A stretch of DNA of 46,892 nucleotides. Source: Thiobacillaceae bacterium (GTDB lineage Bacteria > Pseudomonadota > Gammaproteobacteria > Burkholderiales > Thiobacillaceae). Made by a program: the position numbers and the translations under genes. Location of the stretch: contig JAAPAA010000268.1 in assembly GCA_012274165.1 (NCBI GenBank), forward strand, positions 1-46,892, read 5' to 3'. Within the stretch, counting starts at the first letter, position 1; each line of letters begins with the position of its first letter. Shown piece after piece: positions 1 through 9,563 of this stretch. Under the pieces are notes generated by a model. It did no database searches. It saw only the letters and a program-made list of their open reading frames with translations, and had not been told where the DNA came from.

Positions 1-648
1 AGCACGTCCACGCTCGTCCACATTCCGGCCGGCAGCGCGACGATTGAAGGCATGCTGGAGATTCCCGAGCGTGCAACGGGCTTGGTGCTGTTTGCCCACG
101 GCAGTGGCTCGTCGCGCCATTCGCCGCGCAACAATTATGTTGCCGGCGTGCTGCGGCAGGCCGGCGTCGGCACCTTGCTGATGGATTTGCTGACGCCGGA
201 AGAAGACCGCGATTACGCCCAGCGCTTCGATATCGGATTGTTGACGCAGCGCCTGCTGGAGGCGGCGCGCTGGGTCGGCGCGAGCGAAGCCAGCCGCAAC
301 CTGCCGCTTGGATTTTTTGGCGCCAGCACCGGCGCCGCCGCCGCGCTTGAAGCCGCCGCTTTACTCGGCCGGGATGCGGTAGCCGTGGTGTCGCGCGGTG
401 GCCGCCCCGATCTGGCGAGCCGTGAAACGCTGGCGAGTATGAAGGCGCCGACGCTGTTGCTGGTCGGCGGCTGGGACGATGGCGTGATCGACCTCAATCA
501 GCAGGCTTACGACCAACTGCACTGCGAAAAAAAGCTGGTCATCGTTCCCGGTGCCACCCATCTGTTCGAAGAACCCGGCACACTGGAAGAAGTGGCGCGC
601 CTGGCCGCAGCGTGGTTTGCGCGTCATTTCGCGCCAGCCGCAAGCTAG
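1..648 (+). CDS. Dienelactone hydrolase-family alpha/beta hydrolase (5' end probably outside window)
   Basis: Frame is open from base 1 (STSTLVHIPAGSATIEGMLEIP). Motifs FAHGSGSSRHSPRN, nucleophile elbow GASTG, VSRGGRPDL, VPGATHLFEE. Confidence 0.85.
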   Translation, partial: STSTLVHIPAGSATIEGMLEIPERATGLVLFAHGSGSSRHSPRNNYVAGVLRQAGVGTLLMDLLTPEEDRDYAQRFDIGLLTQRLLEAARWVGASEASRNLPLGFFGASTGAAAALEAAALLGRDAVAVVSRGGRPDLASRETLASMKAPTLLLVGGWDDGVIDLNQQAYDQLHCEKKLVIVPGATHLFEEPGTLEEVARLAAAWFARHFAPAAS

Positions 649-699
649 CTACACCGGCGGCGATCCATCATTCGCGAAGGAAACGTCTGGTGCGCCGGT

Positions 700-1098
700 T
701 TACATGCGCGGGTGGCCTGGCTGCGCGTATTCCCTTTCATGTTTTTCCTGGCACACAATGCAGCGCTTGGCAGTCGGGTAGGCTTGCAGACGGGCGAAGT
801 TGATCTCGTCTCCGCAGCCGATGCACACGCCGTACGATTCATCCTTGACGCGCCGAAAAGCGGCCTCGATATCCCGCAACGCGTGAACATGGCGATCCAC
901 AACGGCCAGGTTGAAGTCCGCCAAGGTGCTGGCCATGGATTCATCGCCACTGTCGCCGGGCTCGCGGTTGAGCAGGTCGATGCGATGCTGTTCGCCCGAG
1001 TTTTCCAGTTCTTCGCGTACCTCGATCAAAAGCGCCTGGTAATCCTGTTTCAACAGCATGACGAGTTGATCGAGTTGGGAGGGGGTGAGCGTAGTCAT
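700..1098 (-). CDS. TraR/DksA C4-type zinc-finger protein
   Basis: Coiled coil with acidic tip (DSGDES), then YGVCIGC...RLQAYPTAKRCIVCQ zinc finger. Confidence 0.9.
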   Translation of the reverse strand: MTTLTPSQLDQLVMLLKQDYQALLIEVREELENSGEQHRIDLLNREPGDSGDESMASTLADFNLAVVDRHVHALRDIEAAFRRVKDESYGVCIGCGDEINFARLQAYPTAKRCIVCQEKHEREYAQPGHPRM

Positions 1099-1211
1099 TC
1101 AGTCTCCAGTTCAGGCGCGATAGCCAAATATCAGCATACTTTCTACATCGGGATGGGCGATGCGCATTTCAATGACGGCTGCATGTCCGAACGCCTGTTC
1201 CCGATCGCTTG

Positions 1212-1706
1212 CTATCGCTCCCACACCACGCGCAGCAGGTTTTCCTGCGCGTTGTAATGAAATTCGAGCGCGCCCTGGTAGGCATGATGCAGCGCTTCGC
1301 CGATGCCGCGCGCGAGATGGATATCGGTCGTGGTGATCTGGGTGGTGTCCGCCTGCTCCTCGATTTTCATGATCCGCTTCAGCGGGTGCTCCGCCTTGGC
1401 GTGCGCTTCCTCGTTCTTCACCAGCCGCAGCAATTCCTCGCGGTGATCCTTGAAGAACGGGCCGCCCACCGTCACATAGCCAGCCGGGAATGCGTCATGA
1501 ATGCGGTGACAGGCGGGACAGGTTTTTTCGTGGGCCTGCGCCGGCCTCGATAGCCATTGCCAGCGACCCTCGTGGAACACGGCGCCACACTGGGGACACA
1601 CCGTGGATTCTGGCAGTTTGTGCTTGATCTGGTAGGTGTCGTGCCGCGCCTCCTGAATCAGGCGGTCGCGCCGGACCGGGTGGAAACCCGTGAACTGGGA
1701 TTTCAT
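1212..1706 (-). CDS. BCAM0308-family protein (copy 1)
   Basis: HDTY...TVCPQCGAVFHEGRWQW...CPACHRI..D.FPAG...EHPLKRI...TTTDIHLARGIGEALHHAYQG...LRVVWER; GGAGGTG RBS upstream. Confidence 0.85.
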   Translation of the reverse strand: MKSQFTGFHPVRRDRLIQEARHDTYQIKHKLPESTVCPQCGAVFHEGRWQWLSRPAQAHEKTCPACHRIHDAFPAGYVTVGGPFFKDHREELLRLVKNEEAHAKAEHPLKRIMKIEEQADTTQITTTDIHLARGIGEALHHAYQGALEFHYNAQENLLRVVWER

Positions 1707-1727
1707 TTTGCACCTCCTGCTTGAGTG

Positions 1728-2069
1728 TCAGTATCCGCCCGGCCCTTTGCCGCCAGGTCCCATTCCACCCCCTGGGCCCATGCCGCCGCCCATGGGAGGA
1801 GGTGTATCGGGTAGCGTCATGCCGCGCACTTTTGCCCGTTCCTGCATTTGCGTGTGGTGCTCTGCACGGATGCGTTCGCGTTCTTCAGTCGTTTTCGCAG
1901 CGTGCATTTTCGTCTGGTATTCAGCGCGTTCCTGCGGTGTCATGAGCTGGCTGCCATAAATCTGTTCTTGCGCCTGGGGTTGGGTTTTTACCGGATCTGC
2001 AGCCAATGCAAGGCCGCTTGAGATCGTCAGGGCGCCAAAAACCATGGGAAATAGGAAAGTTTTTTTCAT
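1728..2069 (-). CDS. Small exported helical hypothetical protein with Gly/Met/Pro-rich tail (113 aa)
   Basis: Start moved to ATG 2069, which follows an AAGGAG RBS. Sec signal MKKTFLFPMVFGALTISSGLALA, core YGSQLMTPQERAEY...EHHTQMQERAK, tail (GGGMGP)x2. Confidence 0.8.
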   Translation of the reverse strand: MKKTFLFPMVFGALTISSGLALAADPVKTQPQAQEQIYGSQLMTPQERAEYQTKMHAAKTTEERERIRAEHHTQMQERAKVRGMTLPDTPPPMGGGMGPGGGMGPGGKGPGGY

Positions 2070-2117
2070 GTGGTTGCTCCTTATGGGCTCACTGATGGGT
2101 TGGCATGATGTGTCGCC

Positions 2118-2133
2118 CGCCACTGTCATGCCA
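2118..2133 (-). promoter_or_regulatory. Possible sigma-54 (-24/-12) promoter
   Basis: Minus strand TGGCAT-GACAG-TGGCG keeps GG-N10-GC with two departures from TGGCAC-N5-TTGC; about 50 nt upstream of ATG 2069. Confidence 0.3.
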
Positions 2134-2313
2134 TGCCATGCCGCCTGATGGACCGCTGGACCATAAGACGGCATCACACGCCTTACTGAATTTTCACTTC
2201 GGTTACCAGCCCAGGTTCGACGTATAGCGGTCGAACAGGTCTTCGATTTCACGGATGGGTTCCCATTTGACGAGGGCCATGAATTTCTCCTTGAGCGATT
2301 TAAACAGTGATGG

Positions 2314-2727
2314 TCAGAACGCCTGCAACAAAGGCTGACTGTTGGCTAAAAAATCCAGTTTCACATTTTCAAGTTTTCGTGCGATGAGACGCAGCCCACC
2401 GTTCTGGCTGTTCAGGTAGTTGAAAAACAACTCGCTGGCGAAACGCTTGCCGTTACGCTTGATGGACAGGAAGGGGATCGCGCAGTGGCTGAGATATTTC
2501 AGCCGCGGGTTGACTTCGCTGCTGCGCACCAAAGGGACACTTGCCAGATTGGGGAACAGCAGCGAGATGTGGTGTCCCAGCAACTCTTCCTGTGGGTAGC
2601 CGAACAGGGATTCGCAGACCGAATTGCATTCATGGATCAGTCCGTCCTCACTCAGGGCAATCGATATCGGCTCATCCTGGGTAGCTGGTTTTGTAGGGAT
2701 AACGGTGGAGTAGACATGTTTATTCAT
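2314..2727 (-). CDS. Stand-alone PAS-domain protein
   Basis: IALSEDGLIHECNSVCESLFGYPQEELLGHHISLLFP and KRNGKRFASEL are PAS hallmarks. Start set at ATG 2727 (AGGA upstream). Confidence 0.75.
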   Translation of the reverse strand: MNKHVYSTVIPTKPATQDEPISIALSEDGLIHECNSVCESLFGYPQEELLGHHISLLFPNLASVPLVRSSEVNPRLKYLSHCAIPFLSIKRNGKRFASELFFNYLNSQNGGLRLIARKLENVKLDFLANSQPLLQAF

Positions 2728-2898
2728 ATCCTGATTCCTTGCGAAATAAAGTTGAATAACTAGGCGGAAAAACTGCCCGCCCAACTGCTTGCCTTGCGCA
2801 ATGCCAAGACATCTAAAGCTAGTACAAACCAGGCATGTATCAATACCAATCAGCATCATGCCCAAGGCAGCGCTCGACCAGGGCCTGAGGCCGTGGCG

Positions 2899-3531
2899 TC
2901 AAGCGCCGGCCTGCCTGAGGATGGCTTCGACTTCGGTATCGTCCACTTGGGGAAAATCCGCATAGAACTGACCCACCGCGCGGAAGTATTCCGGCGCATG
3001 CAGGCGCACCACCTCGTCGGCATACGGCCGGATTTTCTCCAGCGTGTCGGGCGGCGCCACCGGCACCGCGCAGATCAGCCGCGCCGGCCTTTGCGCGCGC
3101 AACGCATGCAGTGCGGAAATCATCGTCGCCCCGGTTGCCAGCCCGTCGTCCACCACGATCACGATGCGCCCGGCTGGATCGATCGGCGGGCGCAGCGGTG
3201 TGTATTGCGCCCGGCGCTGGCGGATCGTCGCCAGCTGCGCCTGCTTTTCCTGCTCCAGATAGGCGGGCGTGCCACCGGCCGATTCGGCGTAGTCGGCAAC
3301 ATACGTCCAGCCCGATTCGTCGATCGAGCCAATGGCGAACTCCGGATTGAACGGTGCGCGCAGCTTGCGCACCAGCACCACGTCTAGCTCTCCATCCAGC
3401 GCCCGCGCCAGTTGCTGCCCCATCGCCACCGCGCCGCGCGGAATGGCCAGAATCAGCGGATGCCGGTCCTTGTAGGCAGCCAGGGCATCGGCCAGCAATT
3501 CCGCGGCTTGATGGCGATTGGTGAAAACCAT
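2899..3531 (-). CDS. Phosphoribosyltransferase-family protein
   Basis: LAIPRGAV, LVRKLRAPFNPEFAIG, PRPP-binding VIVVDDGLATGAT, FRAVGQFYADFPQV. Confidence 0.9.
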   Translation of the reverse strand: MVFTNRHQAAELLADALAAYKDRHPLILAIPRGAVAMGQQLARALDGELDVVLVRKLRAPFNPEFAIGSIDESGWTYVADYAESAGGTPAYLEQEKQAQLATIRQRRAQYTPLRPPIDPAGRIVIVVDDGLATGATMISALHALRAQRPARLICAVPVAPPDTLEKIRPYADEVVRLHAPEYFRAVGQFYADFPQVDDTEVEAILRQAGA

Positions 3532-3731
3532 GTTGAACTCCTGAGATAGGTGCGCTTTTATCCTAGATAAAAGCGCACCGTTTGCGAACGCAGGGCTGGC
3601 GCGAACAGGTGGGGTCGAAAAAATCCGGGTTGTGCCCTCTGTCTTTCTGAAATTGGCCGTCCTGTCGTGCCAACCTGTTTTTCAGATTCGACTATCTTGA
3701 ATAACTGGTTTGTTAGGAAAAGGAGTACGGC

Positions 3732-3788
3732 ATGGCAGTGGGCGAACTGTGCAACCGTGAAGTGGTGATCGCGGAGAAGGCGCACTAG
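3732..3788 (+). pseudogene. 5' remnant of a CBS-domain protein gene
   Basis: AAGGAG RBS, then MAVGELCNREVVIAEKAH*, which resembles the N-terminus of betaproteobacterial CBS-pair proteins; stops after 18 codons. Confidence 0.6.
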
Positions 3789-3849
3789 TGCCTGATCTGC
3801 GCGCCACCTTCCACCGACGCCACGATAACTTCGGCGTCAGCGGTAGCGC

Positions 3850-6800
3850 TCAGGCGGTATTCTGTCCTTGGATGAATGCCTGCGCCGCTTCTGCCGGCAG
3901 GGGCTTGCTGAACAAATATCCCTGCATGAAATCGCATTGGTGTGAGGTCAGCAAAAGACGCTGTGCCTCGGTTTCCACGCCTTCAGCAATCACCGCCAAT
4001 CCCAGATTGTGGGCCAAGGCGATGGTGGCGGTGCAGATCGCGACATCATTGCTGTCGCTCTCGATGTCGCGGACGAAGGATTGGTCGAGCTTCAAGGTAT
4101 GGATCGGCAGCAGCTTGAGATAGCTGAGCGAAGAGTAACCCGTACCAAAATCGTCGATGGACAGGCGCACGCCCAGTCCGCGCAGGGCCTTGAGCTTGCT
4201 GATGCTGGCATCGGGATCGTGCATGGCCACCGATTCGGTGATTTCCAGCTCGAGGTCGGCGCCCGCCAGCCCGTGTTTTTTCAGCGTTTCTGCAACCTGC
4301 GCCAGCAAGACGGGGGAATGCAGTTGGTGTGCTGACAGGTTCACTGCCATGGTTATGCCCATGAGCCCATCGTCCCGCCATGCACGGAGCTGGCGGCAGG
4401 CTTCATCCAGCACCCACTCGCCCAGCGGCAGGATCAGGCCGGTTTCCTCGGCAACCGGAATGAAGTCTGCCGGCGACACCAGGCCATTGTGCGGATGTCG
4501 CCAGCGCACCAGCGCCTCGACCCCTACGATGCGGCCATCCCGGCTGTCCAGTTGCGGCTGGTAATGCAACTCGAACTGCTTTTTTTCTACCGCAATCCGC
4601 AAATCCTGGTCCAGCATCAGGCGTTTTACCGCAGCCTGATTCATCTCGGCCGTGAAGAACTGGATATTGTTGCGGCCGTTTGATTTGGCGTGATACATGG
4701 CGGTGTCGGCGTTTTTCATCAGCGTCTCGCCATCGGCGCCATCGTTCGGATAAAAGGCAAGGCCGATGCTTGCTGTCGAATGCAATTCGTTGTCGCCAAG
4801 GCGGTAACGCTGGCCCAGCACCTGCAGCACCTTGTCCGCCAAGCGGGCGGCGGCCGTGGCGTCTTCCACTTCGGTCAGCACCACCACAAACTCGTCGCCG
4901 CCGAGACGGGCCACGATATCGCTGTCGCGCACACTGTCGCGCAGACGGTGCGCCACTTCCACCAACAACTTGTCGCCCACCGGGTGGCCCAGGGTGTCGT
5001 TGATGGTTTTGAAACGGTCCAGATCCAGGAATACCACCGCCAATGCACGGTGCTCCCGATGCGCCATGGCCAGCGCCTGATCCAGCTGGTTTTTGAGGCT
5101 GAAGCGATTGAGCAGGCCGGTCAGGGCATCGTGATAGGCCAACTGGCTAATTTTTGCCTCGGCCAGCTTGCGTTCGGTGATATCGGTAAAACTGGCGATG
5201 TAATGGCTGATATTGCCTTCCACATCGTGCACCACTGACAGGGACATCCATTTCGGATAGAGCGTGCCGTCCTTGCGTCGATCCATGATCTCGCCCTGCC
5301 AGTAACCTGCCTCATTCAAGGCGGTCCACATGGCCGAATAGGTTTCGGCAGTCGTCTGTCCGGAAGCAAGGATATTGGGATTTTCACCCTGAATCTCGTC
5401 GATGGTGTAACCCGTCAGACGGGTGAAAGCGGGGTTCACGGCCAGGATGCGCTTGTCGCTGTCGGTGATCAGGATGGCTTCGCCGCTGTGCTCGAACATG
5501 TTGGCGTAGAGCCGGAGCGCTTCTTCCGCCAGTTTGAGTTTGGTGATGTCCTGCACCGTTCCAGTGGAGCGGATGGCTTTTCCCTGCTCGTCGTAATGGG
5601 TCTCACAGCGTTCGTTCACCCACTTGATGCGGCCGCCCGGCATGCGCAGCCGGTGGGCGATTTCGTAGGGTGAACGGGTTGCCAGCGAGTCCGTGTAGGC
5701 CTGGTCGACCCGCGCGCGGTCTTCCGGATGGATTGCGTTCAGGAAAGCCTCGTAGGAAGCGCCGAACGCCGCCTTGTCGATTTCGAACAAGCGGAATATC
5801 TCGTCTGACCAGATCAACTTGCCGCTGACCAGATCGAGCTCCCAACTGCCGAGCTGGGCGATGCGCTGTGCCTCGTTGAGGCGTTGCTCGCTCTCCCTGA
5901 GCACTGCGTCGGCGATCATTTTTTCCGTCACGTCGGTGCCGATTCCGACCATGAACTCCATCTCGCCAGCCTCGTCGAGCAGCGCCGAGTTCGACCATTC
6001 GATCAAGCGTCTGGTGCCGTCGCGGGCGACCCAGTGGTTGGTGTGGGAAGCCTGCAGGGCTTGTGGATTGCGGGCGAGGGCAGTGAACGCCTCTTGTTGA
6101 ACGCTTTCCCGTTCTTCCGGCGCCAGCAGGAAATCCCAGACAAAACGCCCTTCGACTTCTGCAAACGAATATTGCGTCAGCGTCTCGCAGGCACGATTAA
6201 AGCGGCGGATGCGTCCTGCGCGGTCGAGCACCACCACCAGGGCGCTGGCTTTGTCGAGAATCTCGCTCTGCAACGCGGAAAGTTCACGCAACTCGTGCGA
6301 ACGTGCTTCGACCTGGGCCTCCAGATTGTGCTGGGCATCGGCCAGGGCATCCGTCATGTGATTAAAGGCATGGGCCAGCCGGCCTAGCTCATCAATATCT
6401 TCCCCTTGCGCGTGCTGCGAGAAATCGCCCGCGGCAATGCGGTCGGCCACCCGGGTGAGATTCAGGATCGGGCGTGACAGTCCGCGTCCCAAGAAGTAGG
6501 CCATGGTGCCGGACAGCAGCAGGAACAGCGCCAGTGCGATGTAGGTGATCCGACGCAATTGGGCGGCCGGCGCCAGTGCCTCCGCGGTGTCGATCTTGAC
6601 CACCATGCCCCAGCCCAGGGCAGGCAGATAGCGCCAGGCGGCCACGCTTTCAATGCCGGCGTAGTCGCGAATGACGCCCCGGTCGTGATCGCCGGCCAGC
6701 GCCTTCTGCATCGGCAGGGCAGCCTTCTGCAGCGGCACCCGGTAACGGTAGGCGGCGTCCCGAATATGCCTGAGCGGGCCGGTGTAATAAGCGTCGTTTC

Positions 6801-7491
6801 CATCTTTCTGCGCCAGCACCGTTTCCCCGGTGCGGCCCAGGCCGGTTCGGTCGACCGTGACCGATTCCAGCTTGCTTACATCCAGTTGCAGGGCCAGCAC
6901 GCCGATCAAAACACCATTTTCCAGCACCGGCGCTGTCAGAAAGGCAGCCGGTCGATTGCCGGAAGGCGCATAAAACGCAAAGTGAGTGAGGTGGGTTTGC
7001 AGGGTCTGCAGCGTCAACGCGTATCCCTTGGCCAACTGGGTATCGCGGTAGGGGCCATGTTTCAGGTTGGTGCCCAGATCCGGCTCATGCTTGATCGAAA
7101 ACACCACGTTGCCGGCTGGGTCCATCAACAGCAAATCGTAAAACTTCTCGGCGCCATAGGACCGACTCAGGTTGTCGTATAGCTGGCGTGCGGCGGCCCG
7201 ATAGCTGGGGGAATTTAGTCCGCCTGTGCGAAAGGCCTGTTGCAGCGTGATCACCCCATCGCGGACGATATTCCGCTGACTGAGCAGTCGGGCATCCGAC
7301 AGCCTTTCAGCCATGTAGCTGTTGATTTGCTCGGCTTTTTTGTCCGCGATGGTGGCCATGTTCGTCAACACGGTTTCGCGCAACGAGGTTTCGAACGAGG
7401 CCAGATAAAAGGCGGCCAGCCCCGCCAATGGCAGCACCGCCACCAGTAGGTAGCTCAGCAGCAGGCGGGGGGCAATGGCGCGTGCGCTCAT
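3850..7491 (-). CDS. Membrane diguanylate cyclase/phosphodiesterase (Cache-HAMP-PAS/PAC x3-GGDEF-EAL)
   Basis: Two TM helices around a periplasmic Cache-like region, HAMP ([13 protein letters not shown]), three [32 protein letters not shown] 7491 overlaps the upstream TGA (ATGA). Confidence 0.93.
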   Translation of the reverse strand: MSARAIAPRLLLSYLLVAVLPLAGLAAFYLASFETSLRETVLTNMATIADKKAEQINSYMAERLSDARLLSQRNIVRDGVITLQQAFRTGGLNSPSYRAAARQLYDNLSRSYGAEKFYDLLLMDPAGNVVFSIKHEPDLGTNLKHGPYRDTQLAKGYALTLQTLQTHLTHFAFYAPSGNRPAAFLTAPVLENGVLIGVLALQLDVSKLESVTVDRTGLGRTGETVLAQKDGNDAYYTGPLRHIRDAAYRYRVPLQKAALPMQKALAGDHDRGVIRDYAGIESVAAWRYLPALGWGMVVKIDTAEALAPAAQLRRITYIALALFLLLSGTMAYFLGRGLSRPILNLTRVADRIAAGDFSQHAQGEDIDELGRLAHAFNHMTDALADAQHNLEAQVEARSHELRELSALQSEILDKASALVVVLDRAGRIRRFNRACETLTQYSFAEVEGRFVWDFLLAPEERESVQQEAFTALARNPQALQASHTNHWVARDGTRRLIEWSNSALLDEAGEMEFMVGIGTDVTEKMIADAVLRESEQRLNEAQRIAQLGSWELDLVSGKLIWSDEIFRLFEIDKAAFGASYEAFLNAIHPEDRARVDQAYTDSLATRSPYEIAHRLRMPGGRIKWVNERCETHYDEQGKAIRSTGTVQDITKLKLAEEALRLYANMFEHSGEAILITDSDKRILAVNPAFTRLTGYTIDEIQGENPNILASGQTTAETYSAMWTALNEAGYWQGEIMDRRKDGTLYPKWMSLSVVHDVEGNISHYIASFTDITERKLAEAKISQLAYHDALTGLLNRFSLKNQLDQALAMAHREHRALAVVFLDLDRFKTINDTLGHPVGDKLLVEVAHRLRDSVRDSDIVARLGGDEFVVVLTEVEDATAAARLADKVLQVLGQRYRLGDNELHSTASIGLAFYPNDGADGETLMKNADTAMYHAKSNGRNNIQFFTAEMNQAAVKRLMLDQDLRIAVEKKQFELHYQPQLDSRDGRIVGVEALVRWRHPHNGLVSPADFIPVAEETGLILPLGEWVLDEACRQLRAWRDDGLMGITMAVNLSAHQLHSPVLLAQVAETLKKHGLAGADLELEITESVAMHDPDASISKLKALRGLGVRLSIDDFGTGYSSLSYLKLLPIHTLKLDQSFVRDIESDSNDVAICTATIALAHNLGLAVIAEGVETEAQRLLLTSHQCDFMQGYLFSKPLPAEAAQAFIQGQNTA

Positions 7492-8717
7492 GACTTGGTT
7501 CCGAGCCGTTCTGTTACCAGCTGCTGCCATTCGAGCTGCGAGCGATAATCGGGGAATGGAACCGGTCGCAGTGACTCTCCGGAAGACCACACCACGTCGA
7601 ACTGGCCATCCGCGCGTGCCTTGCCGATGTATGCCTGTTTCCACAGATGGCGCGTGTCACGATCAACCGCGGCTATGCCCGACGGCGCGGCCGTACTCTG
7701 CTGCAACAGGGCACGGTTGACCTGCTCCGGCGCATCTGTCCCGGCATCGCGCACGGCCTGGGCCCACAGCCGCACGCCGACATAGGCGGCCACGATCGGA
7801 TCATTGGTTACCCGGTCCGCACCGTAGCGTTGCTGGAAAGCGGCGACGAAGTGCCGGTTGGCTTCGCCCGGCAGGCTCTGGAAATAGCTCCAGACTGCGT
7901 AATGGTTGGGATGGAAGGCGGTGGGCCCGATGGCTCTCAGACCACCTTCGGCAACGCTGAAAGACATCACCGGGATGGTGCCGAGATCGGCTTCATGCAG
8001 GGCACGGAAGAAATGCGTATTGCTATCGCCGTTGACGGTGTTGAGCACGACGTCGGGCTTCAGTGCACGGATTTCCGCAATGATCGCGCCAAAGTCGGCA
8101 TCACCCAATGGGCGGTAGCGCTCGGCCAGCACGGTGCCATGGTTGGCCTGGACCACATCGCGGATGATGAGGTTGGCGGTGCGCGGGAAAATGTAATCCG
8201 AACCCAGCAGGTAGACTTTTTTCCCCAGCGTATCCAGCGCCCAGCGCGTCCCGGGAATGATCTGCTGATTGGGGGCGGAGCCGGTGTAATAAATCACCGG
8301 CGACTGTTCCAGCCCTTCGTATTGCAGCGGGTAGAACATCAGGTGCCGGTGTTTCTCCACCACCGGTTTCACCGCTTTGCGGCACGCCGACGTCCAGCAG
8401 GCAAACAGGGCGCTGACCTTGTCCGACACAATCAGCCGTTCGGCCTTGGCGGCGAATACGCCATCATCGGACTGGCCATCCGCGACCACGATTTCCACAC
8501 GCCGCCCCAGCAGTCCGCCAGTGGCATTGATTTCCTCAACCGCCAACCGCACTGCGTCGACCAGGGGACGTTCGTTCGCCGCCATGGTGCCGCTGAGCGA
8601 GTGCAGCACGCCGATCCGGATCGGTGGGGCAGGGTTGGGGCGCAATAGCAGAAAGGCACCCAGGGTTGCCGCCAGGGCCAAGGCAACGGTAACCATGATT
8701 GCGTAGCGGGAATTCAT
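7488..8717 (-). CDS. UrtA/AmiC-like urea/short-amide substrate-binding protein with N-terminal hydrophobic anchor or signal
   Basis: [64 protein letters not shown]. Start taken at Met40 of the track ORF. Confidence 0.88.
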   Translation of the reverse strand: MNSRYAIMVTVALALAATLGAFLLLRPNPAPPIRIGVLHSLSGTMAANERPLVDAVRLAVEEINATGGLLGRRVEIVVADGQSDDGVFAAKAERLIVSDKVSALFACWTSACRKAVKPVVEKHRHLMFYPLQYEGLEQSPVIYYTGSAPNQQIIPGTRWALDTLGKKVYLLGSDYIFPRTANLIIRDVVQANHGTVLAERYRPLGDADFGAIIAEIRALKPDVVLNTVNGDSNTHFFRALHEADLGTIPVMSFSVAEGGLRAIGPTAFHPNHYAVWSYFQSLPGEANRHFVAAFQQRYGADRVTNDPIVAAYVGVRLWAQAVRDAGTDAPEQVNRALLQQSTAAPSGIAAVDRDTRHLWKQAYIGKARADGQFDVVWSSGESLRPVPFPDYRSQLEWQQLVTERLGTKS

Positions 8718-8784
8718 GGCGCGATTGTAGCGGCGGAATGAAACTCCTTGTAGTTTGCCAGCTAACTTGTTGAAATATTGGTTG

Positions 8785-8798
8785 TTGACTGAGGTCAA
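8785..8798. promoter_or_regulatory. CRP/FNR-family-like palindromic operator
   Basis: TTGAC-TGAG-GTCAA has perfect inverted arms and is close to the FNR consensus TTGAT-N4-ATCAA; about 70 nt upstream of the UrtA-like start. Confidence 0.5.
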
Positions 8799-8840
8799 GC
8801 CGAACTTCGACTGATGGCTGCCTTCTACAGGCACGGTGTT

Positions 8841-9563
8841 TCAATCAGGTGAGTCCGTTGTGGCTTGGCGCAACGCCTCGATCACTTGCAAGCGGAATGC
8901 CCGCCATTGCCGCCGCTGATTCAAAACCTGCTTCTGATTGATTTCCAGTTCGATGCCGACATACCTATCAGCCGGAAAGCAGCGCCGCAGGTAGGCGGTG
9001 AAGCCATCTGACTTGCCGGTGTAGGGGTAATTGCGGCGCACCTTCAAATCCGGCGCCTGCGCCTTGAGCCGGGCTTGCCAGCGATAGCAGAGCTCGACCT
9101 CGCCGGCTCGCGCCGGATCGTAGAGCAGGCCGATATCGGCGTTGCGGATTGCGCCGTCGAGCTCGGGCGTGAAGCTGTGGGAGGAAAGGTGGATCACCCG
9201 CTTGCCCTGTGCAATCGCTTCGCGGATATGCGTCTCGATCTGGTTGCGGTAAGGCAGGTAATGCTGGTCCAGAATCTCCTGGCGCACCGGCTCGGGCGCG
9301 TTGCGTGTGGCAACGGAGTAGAGATTCGGATGGCCGATGGTGCGGTTAAGTTCGATCAGCAGGCGGCTGATGGTGGAAACGATCAGGGGCGCATCCAGCG
9401 CCTCGGCCAGGTCCTCGGCCATGACGAGCGCACCGGGGTCGTAGCCGCGGTGGGAGTTCAGCAAGTCTTCAAAGCCTGCAAACAAACCCCGGTAGCGTGG
9501 CGGGATGCGATTGCCGCCATGTTCACAGGTGATCAGGGTTTGATCGCTGCTGGCCATGCTCAT
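8841..9563 (-). CDS. N-formylglutamate amidohydrolase-family protein
   Basis: LITCEHGGNRIP, SHRGYDPGA, SRLLIELNR, HLSSHSFTP, DIGLLYDP, RRNYPY, GIELEINQ. ATGA overlap with the upstream gene. Confidence 0.9.
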   Translation of the reverse strand: MSMASSDQTLITCEHGGNRIPPRYRGLFAGFEDLLNSHRGYDPGALVMAEDLAEALDAPLIVSTISRLLIELNRTIGHPNLYSVATRNAPEPVRQEILDQHYLPYRNQIETHIREAIAQGKRVIHLSSHSFTPELDGAIRNADIGLLYDPARAGEVELCYRWQARLKAQAPDLKVRRNYPYTGKSDGFTAYLRRCFPADRYVGIELEINQKQVLNQRRQWRAFRLQVIEALRQATTDSPD

